The notes under the pieces were generated by a model that saw only the letters and a program-made list of their open reading frames with translations, did not search any database and was not told the DNA's origin. From Candidatus Dormibacteria bacterium (lineage in GTDB: Bacteria; Chloroflexota; Dormibacteria; Aeolococcales; Aeolococcaceae), in assembly GCA_050012735.1 (NCBI GenBank), contig JBEKGP010000001.1, forward strand, positions 2,055 through 66,054: DNA of 64,000 nt, in the 5' to 3' direction. The stretch's first letter is position 1. Each line of letters begins with the position of its first letter. This document shows, piece by piece, positions 50,747 through 60,179 of the stretch. The translations under genes were made by a program, and so were the position numbers.

Positions 50747-51835
50747 GTGCCACCCGCAGGCCCGCTCCAGCTGTCGCCAGTCATCGTCCCTCATCCGGGT
50801 TACGACGACGCCAACCCCACGACCGCGCCGGGCGAGCTGACCCGACTCGCCGCCGACCCCGATGAGGGCGTCCGCAGCGCGGTGGCGGCCAACCCCTCCT
50901 GCCCTCCCCCATTGCTCGCTCGGCTCTCCACTGACCACATCCCGCTGGTGCGACGCCGGGTGGCGACCAACCCATCGACGAGCGTCGCGGTCCTCAGGGC
51001 GCTCGCCCGCGACCGCGACGCCACAGTGCGCGCCGAGGTCGGCGCTCACCCCGCGACCCCGGCCGATGCCCTCCTTCGGCTCGGCCACGACCCGGCCCAG
51101 GAGGTCCGCCGCCACGTCGCCGCCAACCCGCACGCCCCAAGGGAGACGCTGCCCCACCTCGACGCCGACCGGGACGCCCCCCCACCACTACGTGCCGCGG
51201 TCGCCGCCAACCGGGAAGCCGCGACCGACAAGCCGGCGCCGATCACCTCCGACCCGAAGCGGGAGATCGGCCTGCGCGCGGCCCGGGGCGCGACCGGACC
51301 CCCGGAGGTGCTGGCCCGGCTGGCGGGCGACCCCGAGCGCGAGGTGCGCGCCGCCGTCGCCTCGAACCGGGCGGTGCCCTCGGAGGTCGCGGCGCGGCTC
51401 GCCGCCGATCCCTCCGCCCAGGTCAGAGAGGGGCTCGCGCTCAATTCGATGACGCCCCCGGAGCTGCTCGAACGCCTGGCTCGCGACTGGCGGACACGGG
51501 TGCGCCGCGGCGCGGCGGCCAACGACACCATCTCCCCGCACCTCGCCGCCCGGCTCGGGCGAGACTGGTCTCGCACGGTGCGGGCGCAGGTGGCAGCCAA
51601 CCCGGCGACGCCTGCTGAGCTGCTCGGCCGGCTGGCCCGCGATCGCAACCCGCTGGTGCTGCTCGCGCTGGTCCGCAATGCGGACACGCCGGACGCCGCT
51701 CTCGACGAGATGAGCCGACGTCTCCACGGCTTCCGCGCCCACCTGACGCCCCTCTCCGGGAGAGGGGCCACCCAGGCCAGCGGCAGAGTCAGGCAGGCCC
51801 TCGACCAGCGCCGGTCGCGCCCGGCGGGTCGCTGA
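50747..51835 (+). CDS. LRV / HEAT-like repeat protein
   Basis: It has at least 10 tandem ~24-aa repeats of the type LxxLAxDPdxxVRxxVAaNPxtPxxxL, the leucine-rich-repeat-variant pattern. The GTG start is provisional. Confidence 0.65.
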   Translation: MPPAGPLQLSPVIVPHPGYDDANPTTAPGELTRLAADPDEGVRSAVAANPSCPPPLLARLSTDHIPLVRRRVATNPSTSVAVLRALARDRDATVRAEVGAHPATPADALLRLGHDPAQEVRRHVAANPHAPRETLPHLDADRDAPPPLRAAVAANREAATDKPAPITSDPKREIGLRAARGATGPPEVLARLAGDPEREVRAAVASNRAVPSEVAARLAADPSAQVREGLALNSMTPPELLERLARDWRTRVRRGAAANDTISPHLAARLGRDWSRTVRAQVAANPATPAELLGRLARDRNPLVLLALVRNADTPDAALDEMSRRLHGFRAHLTPLSGRGATQASGRVRQALDQRRSRPAGR

Positions 51836-53075
51836 CCTCGGCCGGCGCGTCGCCGGACGGTGGCATGCGCCGCCACGCGCGGCCGGCAAAGGTCATGTGG
51901 ACGTCGCTGATGCGGCGCTCCAGGAAGCCCGCCTCGCAGTACGCGAAGTAGAAGCGCCACATGCGCAAGAAGCGCTCGTCGAAGCCCATGGTGACGGCGC
52001 GGTCGTGCGCCGCGTCGAGTGCCTCGCGCCAGTGTTGGAGCGTGACCGGGTAGTTGGCGCCGATGTCGTCGAGCTCCACCAGCCGGAGCCCGCTGGCGCG
52101 GTTGGCGGCATCGACCAGCGACCTGATCGAGGGCATGAAGCCCCCGGGGAAGATGTACCGCTTGATGAAATCCTCACGCCAGCGCGCGGCCGACCAGGCG
52201 CGGTCCTCGATCACGATGGCCTGCAGCACCGCCAGCCCATCCGGGGCCAGCAGCCTCTCACAGCACCGGAAGAATTCGTCGTACAGTCGCCAGTCGACGG
52301 CCTCGATCATCTCGACCGACACGAGCTTTGAGTAGGTGCCCTCGAGGTCGCGGTAGTTCTGGTCGAGCACGGTGATGCGATCGGAGAGGCCGGCCGCGGC
52401 GACGCGAGCGCGCGAATACTCGCACTGCTCCTGTGAAATCGTGGTCGTGGTGACGCAGCAGCCGTGACGCCGGGCGGCGTGAATGGCGAGTCCGCCCCAG
52501 CCGGTGCCGATCTCCAGGAGGTGGTCGCCGGCGGTGAGACGCAGCCGGTCGCAGATGCGGTCGAACTTGCGCAGCGATGCCGTCTCCAGGTCGTCGCCGG
52601 GCTCGAAGATGGCGCACGAGTAGGCCATCGTCGGGTCCAGGAAGAGCTCGAAGAAGCTGTTGCCGAGGTCATAGTGGGCGTGGATGTTGCGCCGATCGGC
52701 CACGCGGGTCGGACGGTGTGAGCGGAGCCGTCCCGTGAACTGTCGGGCGGCGGCGAGGGGCGAGCTCAGCCGGTTGATCCGGTCAACGTTATGAGCCAGG
52801 AGGCGAAGCAGACCGGTGAGGTCCGGGGTGTCCCAGTACCCGCGCATGTAGGCGTCGCCCAGCCCGTTGCCGCCCGCGGTCGCCGTCATGCCCCACACGC
52901 GCTGGTCGTGGATGGTCATATGGGCACACGTCCCACCGTGGCCAAGGACGCTCATCCCGGAGCACTCGCGGACGACGAGGGTGCCCCCCCGCAGGGCGGA
53001 GCCGAGTGCCAGGATGGAGCGCCGCGCCAGGCGGTCTCGGCTCCGGGCGGCCAGCGCGCGCTGCTCCTGCGACAT
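51789..53075 (-). CDS. cfa: cyclopropane-fatty-acyl-phospholipid synthase family methyltransferase
   Basis: It contains NIHAHYDLGNSFFELFLDPTMAYSCAIF, the SAM motif LLEIGTGWGGLA, and RYIFPGGFMPS. Confidence 0.9.
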   Translation of the reverse strand: MSQEQRALAARSRDRLARRSILALGSALRGGTLVVRECSGMSVLGHGGTCAHMTIHDQRVWGMTATAGGNGLGDAYMRGYWDTPDLTGLLRLLAHNVDRINRLSSPLAAARQFTGRLRSHRPTRVADRRNIHAHYDLGNSFFELFLDPTMAYSCAIFEPGDDLETASLRKFDRICDRLRLTAGDHLLEIGTGWGGLAIHAARRHGCCVTTTTISQEQCEYSRARVAAAGLSDRITVLDQNYRDLEGTYSKLVSVEMIEAVDWRLYDEFFRCCERLLAPDGLAVLQAIVIEDRAWSAARWREDFIKRYIFPGGFMPSIRSLVDAANRASGLRLVELDDIGANYPVTLQHWREALDAAHDRAVTMGFDERFLRMWRFYFAYCEAGFLERRISDVHMTFAGRAWRRMPPSGDAPAEVSDPPGATGAGRGPA

Positions 53076-53291
53076 CGGCTGATGGGGGTCCTCGTGGGCG
53101 GGGCGTGTGCGGCGCGGTGGCGATCCGGCGGCCCGGCCGTGGATGGTGACGAGAGCGCCGTCGCGTCCTCACCACGAACGTTGCAAAAGGTAGCGCATTG
53201 TGGAGCGACCGGGAGGGCCTCCTGAGCCACGGCTCCACGCCGGGGCGCGACCGAGGCGTCGGTCAGCGCCAGCCGGTCAGAATCGAGGGCG

Positions 53292-54032
53292 ATGACCTCC
53301 GCCGCCCCCCTCCTCGACGTGACCGACGCCACCTTCGACACCGCGGTCGTCGCCGCATCGTCCGTCCGCCCGGTGGTCGTTGATTTCTGGGCCGGCTGGT
53401 GCGCCCCCTGCCGGGCCCTCGGGCCCATCCTCGAGCAGGCGGTCGCGCTGCACGGCGGGGTCACCCTGGCCAAGCTCGACGTCGACGCCAACCCGGAGGT
53501 CACGGCACGTTTCGGCATCCAGGGCATCCCCGCGGTGAAGGGGTTCCGGGACAGGCGGCTGGTCGCAGAGTTCGTGGGGCTCCAGCCGAGAGCGCAGGTG
53601 GAGCGCTTCCTCGCCCAGCTCGCCCCCGCGCCTCCTCCCCCGCCGCCTCCCTCCGACGAGGCGAGCTTGCGCGCGGCGGTCTTGGCCCAGCCGGATGACG
53701 TGACCCTGCGCCGCGCCCTCGGAGCCCTCCTGCTCCAGGCCGATCGGATCGACGAGGCCGACGCGGTGCTCTCCGCTGCTCGCGACGATCAGGTCTGCGA
53801 CGGCCTTCGGGCCCGGATCGAGATCCGCCGGGGCGGTGATCCCGCGCTGGCCGCCCTGGCCGGTGACGCTGACGACCCCACGGCCGTGCGCCGCGTCATC
53901 GCTGCCATCCGCGACAGTGCCCCGGCGCAGCGGGCTCAGCTCCGCCGGGTGGTGGTCGGCGCTCTCGTCGAGCAACAGGGCGATCCGGCTCTGCAGGCGC
54001 TGCGCGGCGAGTTGGCCTCCGCCCTCTTCTGA
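53292..54032 (+). CDS. thioredoxin-domain protein with C-terminal TPR-like region (YbbN-like)
   Basis: VVVDFWAGWCAPCRALGP...IQGIPAVKGF is the thioredoxin fold with a WCxPC site. A helical C-terminal half follows. Confidence 0.85.
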   Translation: MTSAAPLLDVTDATFDTAVVAASSVRPVVVDFWAGWCAPCRALGPILEQAVALHGGVTLAKLDVDANPEVTARFGIQGIPAVKGFRDRRLVAEFVGLQPRAQVERFLAQLAPAPPPPPPPSDEASLRAAVLAQPDDVTLRRALGALLLQADRIDEADAVLSAARDDQVCDGLRARIEIRRGGDPALAALAGDADDPTAVRRVIAAIRDSAPAQRAQLRRVVVGALVEQQGDPALQALRGELASALF

Positions 54033-54225
54033 CCTGGAGCCGTGACCAGCCACTCGCCTCTCATCTCACCAGCCGGCCTCTGAAAGGCAGGCCCCGGCAG
54101 CCCTCGCGACGGGACACCGCGCCACCGCGGCCGGTTCAGAAGCGCTCGACCGCTGCCGCGCCGCGCGCCCCGTCTGTGCGACATTGGTGGCCGCAATCGT
54201 CGGCGATCGCATCGGGAGCAGAGCC

Positions 54226-54978
54226 ATGCCACACGTCGCGGACGCGCTGACGGCGGAGACCATCCGGATCGCCGGCCACGACGGCGACGAGATCCGCGCC
54301 TACCTCGCCCAGCCCACCGGCGACGGGCCCTTCGGCGGTGTCGTGGTCGTCCACCACATGCCGGGGTGGGACCGCTGGAGCAAGGAGGTGACCCGCACCT
54401 TCGCCGCCGCCGGGTACCTCGCCATCTGCCCCAATCTCCACGACCGCGAGGGCAAGGGCGCCGGCCCCGATGACTCCGCCGCCGCGGTCAGGGCGGCCGG
54501 TGGAGTGCCGGACGGCCGCCTGGTCGGAGACGTGGACGCCGCCGCCCGCCATCTCCGCTCCCTCCCCTCGTCCAACGGCAAGCTGGGCGTCATCGGCTAC
54601 TGCTCGGGTGGACGGCAGACCTTCCTCGCCGCCTGCAAGCTTCCCTTCGACGCCGCCGTCGACTGCTACGGCGCGGGGGTGGTGGGCACCCCGCCGCCGC
54701 AGGCACCCTTCAGGTGGGAGCCGCTGCTCGGCTTCTCCCCGGACCTCTCCTGCCCGCTGCTCGGCCTCTTCGGCGCCGAGGACCACTTCCCCTCCCCTGA
54801 GCACGTCGCGGAGCTGGACGCCGAGCTGACCCGTCTGGGCAAGGTCCATGAGTTCCACAGCTATGAGGGCGCGGGCCACGCCTTCTTCTGCGTGGACCGT
54901 CCCAGCTACCGCGTCGAGGCCGCCCTGGACGGGTGGGCCCGGATCTGGGAGTGGTTTGGCCGCCACCTCAGCGGCTGA
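54226..54978 (+). CDS. dienelactone hydrolase family protein
   Basis: It contains GVVVVHHMPGW, the nucleophile context GVIGYCSGGR, and YEGAGHAF. Confidence 0.85.
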   Translation: MPHVADALTAETIRIAGHDGDEIRAYLAQPTGDGPFGGVVVVHHMPGWDRWSKEVTRTFAAAGYLAICPNLHDREGKGAGPDDSAAAVRAAGGVPDGRLVGDVDAAARHLRSLPSSNGKLGVIGYCSGGRQTFLAACKLPFDAAVDCYGAGVVGTPPPQAPFRWEPLLGFSPDLSCPLLGLFGAEDHFPSPEHVAELDAELTRLGKVHEFHSYEGAGHAFFCVDRPSYRVEAALDGWARIWEWFGRHLSG

Positions 54979-55001
54979 CATACGAGCGCGGAGGACCCCC
55001 C

Positions 55002-55247
55002 ATGTGCACCTACCAGACCGAGACCGTCGCCGTGCAGGGCAGCGGCAAGGGCGTGGCCACGTGGTTCCCGGTGACCACTGCCACCGTCTACTTCGACCAC
55101 CCCCAGCACGCCGGCGCCGAGCACACTCTCAACGTCGACTTCCTCAACCCGGAGCGGGGCCCCTCAGCGAGGGTTGCGGTCGAGCTGACGGCAGGGTCGG
55201 CGCGCGCGCTCGCGGAGACCATCCTGGCTTCTCTGCCGCGAGACTGA
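55002..55247 (+). CDS. small conserved hypothetical protein (81 aa)
   Basis: ATG 55002 follows GGAGGA. MCTYQTETVAVQGSGKGVATWFPVTTATVYFDHPQHA... may belong to the DUF6295 type (from memory, uncertain). Confidence 0.55.
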   Translation: MCTYQTETVAVQGSGKGVATWFPVTTATVYFDHPQHAGAEHTLNVDFLNPERGPSARVAVELTAGSARALAETILASLPRD

Positions 55248-55389
55248 GGGTGCCGCACGCGCGCCCGCTGAAGGCCGCCATCCCGGCGCCTCGCCCGCGC
55301 TTCTGACCTGATCGCTCCCCGCCGGCAATGGGTGCCGGACGGTTGCCGCCGTGAGGCGCAGTCCCGCCTGCAGAGCTGGAGACCCGGTT

Positions 55390-57543
55390 TCAGGCGGTCC
55401 GGGACAGGGCGCCCGTGTCGCCGATCGCCAACCGGGACTGGACCGCCCTCCACGGCGGCTCCCCGGGCCCGGCAGCCGAACCGACCGCCTGCAAGGAGAG
55501 CAGCTCAGTCACCCCCGCGGCGTCGAGGGGAGCTGCGAAATGGAATCCCTGGGCCAGGTCACAGCTCATCTCACGCAGCTCGTCGAGCTGGTCGGCGTGC
55601 TCCACCCCCACGGCCACGACCCGAAGGTCGAGCGTCCGGCCCAACCCGATCATGCCCGCGAGGAACGCCCGCTCCCACTCGTCGGTGGCGACGTTGTCCA
55701 CGAATGACTTGGGGATCTTGAGGACGTCGACGGGGAGGAACTTCAGCTCTCCAAGGGACGAGTACCCCGTCCCGAAGTCGTCGATGGCGATGGTCACCCC
55801 GAGATCCTTGAGGGCGCGGAGGCGTTCCAGGGTCGTCGCCGTGTTCTCCACCAGGAGGCTCTCGGTGATCTCCAGGTTGAGCAGTGACGGGCTGAGGCAG
55901 GCCTCATGGAGGATGGTCGCGACCTCCGCGGCGAAGTCCGGGTGCAGGAGCTGGCGCGGCGAGAGGTTGACACTCACCGAGAGGCCCCGGCCGGACGAAC
56001 CCGCCGACCAGCGCACCGCCTGCTCACACGCGGTGCGCAGCACGTGGCGGCCGATGTCTCGGATCAGGCCGCTGGCCTCGGCGACCGGAATGAACTCGCG
56101 GGGACCGATCCGGCCAAGGCCGAGGCTGTCCCAGCGGGCCAGGGCTTCGACGCCGACCATGGTCCCGCTCTCGAGCGCCACGATCGGCTGGTACTCGACG
56201 AACAGCTCGCCCGCGAACACCGCCTGCTCCAGGTCGGCCTTGAGTAGCAGTCGCCGCTCCAGCGCCCGCTGCATGCCGGCGTCGAAGGTCTCGACGGTCG
56301 CCTTGCCCCGCTCCTTGGCCCGGTACATGGCGACGTCCGCCTCCCGGAGCAGGTGCTCGCACGTCATCGACGGCCTGTTGGCGATCGCGATGCCGACGCT
56401 CGCCCCGATGGTGACCGGGGTGCCGTGGAGATCAAAGGCGCCGGTGAGCTCCTCCAGGAAGCGCTCGGCGACCGCCACCGCCTCCTCCGGCCCGGCCAGG
56501 TCCTCGATGAGGACCGCGAACTCGTCGCCACCCAGACGCGCAACCGTGTCGAAGGGCCGCACGACCCGCCTCAGCCGCCGCGTCACCCCCTGGAGAAGGA
56601 GGTCCCCGCTCGGATGCCCCAGGGTGTCGTTGACCACCTTGAAGTCGTCGAGGTCGATGAAGAGGATGGCGGCGGGCAGGTGACCCGGCTCGGCGCGGCG
56701 CTCCAGGGCGTGAACGACCCGATCCGCGAAGAGGACGCGGTTGGCGAGTCCGGTCAGCGAGTCGTGGAACGCCTGGTGATTGATCCGCTCGTCGAGGCGG
56801 AGCTTCTCGACCGTCACTCCCACCTGGGGAGCGAGCGCCTCCAGCAGGCGGCGATCCTCCTCGGTGAAGGGCATCGGGTCGTCCTGGCAGCGCCCCACCA
56901 TCAGGCTGCCGAGGATCCTCCCCTCCACCGAGAGGGCGGCCATCACAGCGCCGCGCAACCCACGGCGGGCGAGCATGGCGTCACCCTGGGCGGGACCCGC
57001 ACCTTCGCGGAGCACCAGGCTGAGACTGGCGGGTACGATGACCGAGAAGACGTCCGCGAGCAGGTTCTCGTCGACCGCCTCCGAGGTCTCCGTGGTCCGG
57101 CCGTCACGCACCCGCACCAGCAGCGCGCTCCGGTCGGGAGCGTCGGGGAGCACGACCACCTCCGCGAAGCCGGCGCCGAAGATCTGGCAGAGGCGGTCGA
57201 GCAGGGCCCCCACCGAGAGCGGTGAACGGACCGTCTGCTGGAGGAGATCGCCGGACTCGGAGAGGTGCTCCAGGTGGTGGCGCTGGTAACGCTCCGATAG
57301 GTACCCGACACTGACGCCGACGGTGCTCACAGCGAGCGCGAGGAAGAGCAGCGTCTCGATGGTCTCGGCCCGCTCGACGAGCGCCCAGCCCCCCACCGCG
57401 ACCACCGCCACCGTGAGGGCGGCGGTCACGACCCGGACCTGGCGCGATTTAGGGCACCTCGTCCAGAGCGCCGCGCGACGAATGACGGGCGACACGCGCC
57501 CCCTCTCTCGATCGAAACTGACATGAGGGGCGGCGTCAGGCAA
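55390..57543 (-). CDS. membrane-anchored GAF-GGDEF-EAL signalling protein (diguanylate cyclase/phosphodiesterase)
   Basis: It has two N-terminal TM helices and a GAF-like region. It also carries RLGGDEFAVL (GGDEF) and VGVEALARW...DDFGTGYSSL (EAL). Confidence 0.9.
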   Translation of the reverse strand: MPDAAPHVSFDRERGRVSPVIRRAALWTRCPKSRQVRVVTAALTVAVVAVGGWALVERAETIETLLFLALAVSTVGVSVGYLSERYQRHHLEHLSESGDLLQQTVRSPLSVGALLDRLCQIFGAGFAEVVVLPDAPDRSALLVRVRDGRTTETSEAVDENLLADVFSVIVPASLSLVLREGAGPAQGDAMLARRGLRGAVMAALSVEGRILGSLMVGRCQDDPMPFTEEDRRLLEALAPQVGVTVEKLRLDERINHQAFHDSLTGLANRVLFADRVVHALERRAEPGHLPAAILFIDLDDFKVVNDTLGHPSGDLLLQGVTRRLRRVVRPFDTVARLGGDEFAVLIEDLAGPEEAVAVAERFLEELTGAFDLHGTPVTIGASVGIAIANRPSMTCEHLLREADVAMYRAKERGKATVETFDAGMQRALERRLLLKADLEQAVFAGELFVEYQPIVALESGTMVGVEALARWDSLGLGRIGPREFIPVAEASGLIRDIGRHVLRTACEQAVRWSAGSSGRGLSVSVNLSPRQLLHPDFAAEVATILHEACLSPSLLNLEITESLLVENTATTLERLRALKDLGVTIAIDDFGTGYSSLGELKFLPVDVLKIPKSFVDNVATDEWERAFLAGMIGLGRTLDLRVVAVGVEHADQLDELREMSCDLAQGFHFAAPLDAAGVTELLSLQAVGSAAGPGEPPWRAVQSRLAIGDTGALSRTA

Positions 57544-57683
57544 CGCTGCCCGCTGTCGAGGCTACACCATCACAACCAACGCCGCAAACAGCGTAACCGC
57601 CGCTTCACCGGAAGGCCATCTGCCGGGGGCCCTGGTTGCGACGCCATGGCGCAACCCGGGAGGACAGCTCCCCGGAGCGGACC

Positions 57684-58550
57684 TCAGCGAGGTCGAGTCG
57701 ACGGCTCCGGGGGCCGTCCCTCGAGGGCGGCCTCGAGGGTGAGCGTCCGCTCGAAGGCGGCCCAGACGGCGTCGCTCACGACCGTCCGGAGCCGACCCCG
57801 CTCCAACTCGTACATGGCGGCGGCGGAGGTGCCCCCCGGCGAGATGACCATGTCGCGCAGCTCGGCCACGTGCTTGCCGCTGGCCACGGCGAAGGCCGCC
57901 GACCCCTCCACGGTGTCCAGGACCAGCTCGCGGGCGACGTGGCGTGGGAAGCCGAGATGGACGGCGGCGTCGATGAGCGCCTCGATGAAGAGGAAGACGT
58001 AGGTGGGGCCACTGCCGCTCACCGCGGTGGCCATGGCCACCTGGCGCTCGTCGTCGACCTCGAGCTCGGTCCCGAGGGCCGAGAGCAGGGTCCGGGTATG
58101 GGCCCGCCCGGTGGCGTCGACGGCCGGGGAGGCGAACCAGACGGTCACCCCCTTGCCGATCTGGGCGGGCGTATTGGGCATGCAGCGAACGACCGCGGGG
58201 TGATCGAGGCCCTTGGCCAGGACCAGGCTGCGGGCACCGGCGACGATGCTGATGACGAGCTGCCCCGGGCGCATCACGGGCTTGAGCTCGGGCATGACGG
58301 CCCCGAGGACCTGAGGCTTGACGCAGAGCAGGACGATGTCCCCCAACGCGGCCGCTTCGGCGTTGCTGGCCACCGCCGATACGCCGTGGCGCTCGTGGAG
58401 CTCCCGGCGTCGTGCCTCCCGAGGATCGCTGCAGGTGACCGACCCGGCCTCGATGAGGCCGCGGTCGAGCAGGCCGGAGAGCATCGCCTCGGCCATCACC
58501 CCGGCGCCGACGATGGCGATCCTGGAGCCGCGCAGACTTGACTCGTCCAT
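57684..58550 (-). CDS. proC: pyrroline-5-carboxylate reductase
   Basis: From ATG 58550 it contains IAIVGAGVMAEAM, RCMPNTPAQIG and VISPGGTSAAAM. The upstream 390 codons of the listed ORF are antisense to the M50 gene. Confidence 0.9.
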   Translation of the reverse strand: MDESSLRGSRIAIVGAGVMAEAMLSGLLDRGLIEAGSVTCSDPREARRRELHERHGVSAVASNAEAAALGDIVLLCVKPQVLGAVMPELKPVMRPGQLVISIVAGARSLVLAKGLDHPAVVRCMPNTPAQIGKGVTVWFASPAVDATGRAHTRTLLSALGTELEVDDERQVAMATAVSGSGPTYVFLFIEALIDAAVHLGFPRHVARELVLDTVEGSAAFAVASGKHVAELRDMVISPGGTSAAAMYELERGRLRTVVSDAVWAAFERTLTLEAALEGRPPEPSTRPR

Positions 58551-58628
58551 ACCCAGCCGGACGATACAGAAGGGCGCCCCTCCTCCGCTGGCGCCGCTCT
58601 CCGCGAGGCCTGCGTCGGGGGCCGTGAG

Positions 58629-59744
58629 ATGATCGAAGAGATGCCCGCAACACCTGAGGCGCCCGACCCGACACCCGTGCCGGATGCTGGGCAGACGCCC
58701 GCCCACCCCGCTGGCGCCCCCTGGGAGTGGCCCGCCTATCCGCCGAACACGTGGGCACCGGGCCAGCCCGACCCACACCCGGACACCATCTACCCGCCTC
58801 CCGGCACCGGGTACGCCCCGCACCCGGGCACCCTCTACCCCCCGCCCGGCGCCGGGTATGCCCCCGCTCCCTACCCAGCTCCCGGGACCGGATACACCCC
58901 GCCGGGTTGGGGCCAGCAGGGCGCCGCCGCCCCCGGCCAGGCTCCGGGGACACCGGCGAAGCGCCGGGGCGGCTTCGTCGGCGGCCTGCTGACGGCCCTT
59001 GCCTTCATCGCCAAGCTGGGCTATTTCGGCAAGTTCGGGCTGACCGCTATCACCATGGTGGTCGCGGTCGGCGCCTACGCGCTCATCTTTGGCTGGGCCT
59101 TCGCGGTCGGGCTCGTCCTCATCATCTTCGTCCACGAGATGGGGCACTTCCTGACCTCCCGGGTGATGGGGGTGCCCATGTCGGCGCCCGTCTTCATCCC
59201 CTTCCTCGGCGCCTTCACCACCGCCGGACGCGGCCTCACCAGCGACCGCCGGCGCGAGGCGATCGTCGCCATCGCCGGGCCCGTCACCGGTTTCCTCGCC
59301 ACCCTCGCCGTATACCTCTGGGCCCTGGCCCAGGACCCGCTCGCCCAGGGCGTGGCCTTCGCCTTCTCGCTCAGCTACTTCGGATTCTTCATCACCCTCT
59401 TCAACCTGATCCCGATGCTCCCACTCGACGGAGGCAGGGTCACCAGCGCCGTCAGCAAATGGTTCAATCTGGCCGGACTGGTCATCGTCGCCGCCCTTCT
59501 CGTGAGCGAGTGGTTCGGCGCGACCGTGGTCAACCCGATCCTCATCCTCATCCTCATCCTCGGCGGCTACTCCGTCTGGGGCCGGTTCCAGGCCGCCCGG
59601 CTGGGCAGGGAGGCGCCATCTCTCCCGCTCCGCACCCGGGTGCTGATCGGGGCCGGCTACATCGCCCTGCTGGCGCTGAGCGGTCTGTTCATGAGCCTCA
59701 GCGCGGGCTGGCTGAGCACCCACGGACTGGTCAACCTGGCCTGA
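58629..59744 (+). CDS. M50-family (site-2 protease-like) membrane metalloprotease with Pro/Gly/Tyr-rich N-terminal region
   Basis: It has the HExxH motif (FVHEMGHFL) and NLIPMLPLDGG. The N-terminal ~110 aa are PGxGY-type repeats. Confidence 0.8.
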   Translation: MIEEMPATPEAPDPTPVPDAGQTPAHPAGAPWEWPAYPPNTWAPGQPDPHPDTIYPPPGTGYAPHPGTLYPPPGAGYAPAPYPAPGTGYTPPGWGQQGAAAPGQAPGTPAKRRGGFVGGLLTALAFIAKLGYFGKFGLTAITMVVAVGAYALIFGWAFAVGLVLIIFVHEMGHFLTSRVMGVPMSAPVFIPFLGAFTTAGRGLTSDRRREAIVAIAGPVTGFLATLAVYLWALAQDPLAQGVAFAFSLSYFGFFITLFNLIPMLPLDGGRVTSAVSKWFNLAGLVIVAALLVSEWFGATVVNPILILILILGGYSVWGRFQAARLGREAPSLPLRTRVLIGAGYIALLALSGLFMSLSAGWLSTHGLVNLA

Positions 59745-59768
59745 AGCCGGGCCGCTCCCGGCGACCGC

Positions 59769-60176
59769 TCAGCCCTCAAGGAGGGAGAGGCGCACCCGGC
59801 GCTGCGGGTTGTCGCGGTTGAGGCTCACCAGGACGATCCGCTGCCAGGTCCCGAGCAGCATCCGCCCGGCACGGACGGGAACGGTGAGCGAGGGGGACAC
59901 CAGGGCCGGCAGCAGGTGATCGGCGCCGTGGCCGGGGCTGCCGTGGCGGTGCCGGTAACGGTCGTCGCGGGGGAGGAGCCGTTCCAGGGCGGCGACCAGG
60001 TCGGGCTCGGAGCCGCTCCCCGTCTCGATGAGGGCCACCCCGGCGGTGGCGTGGGGGGCGAAGACGGAGAGCAACCCGTCGCCCGCGCCGCGGACGAATC
60101 CCGCCGCCTCGTCGGTGATGTCGGCGATCGGCGACCGGCCCATCTCGAGGTCGATCAGGGTGGTCCGCATCGGCAC
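59769..60176 (-). CDS. yjbQ: YjbQ/UPF0047 family protein (secondary thiamine-phosphate synthase-like)
   Basis: It contains DITDEAAGFV, SVFAPHATAGVALIE, HLLPALVSPSLTVPV and GTWQRIVLV. Confidence 0.85.
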   Translation of the reverse strand: MPMRTTLIDLEMGRSPIADITDEAAGFVRGAGDGLLSVFAPHATAGVALIETGSGSEPDLVAALERLLPRDDRYRHRHGSPGHGADHLLPALVSPSLTVPVRAGRMLLGTWQRIVLVSLNRDNPQRRVRLSLLEG

Positions 60177-60179
60177 CCC

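Noticed and set aside
53131-53215. ACGAACGTTGCAAAAGG, between cfa and the thioredoxin gene, as an SOS box or promoter.
   Set aside because: It contains GAAC and an AACGTT palindrome but not the GAAC-N4-GTT(T/C) spacing. No convincing -10 lies at the right distance.
58551-59723. The N-terminal 390 codons of the 679-aa ORF that contains proC.
   Set aside because: Only the C-terminal 288 codons (from ATG 58550) match ProC. The rest is antisense to the M50 protease gene and is low complexity.
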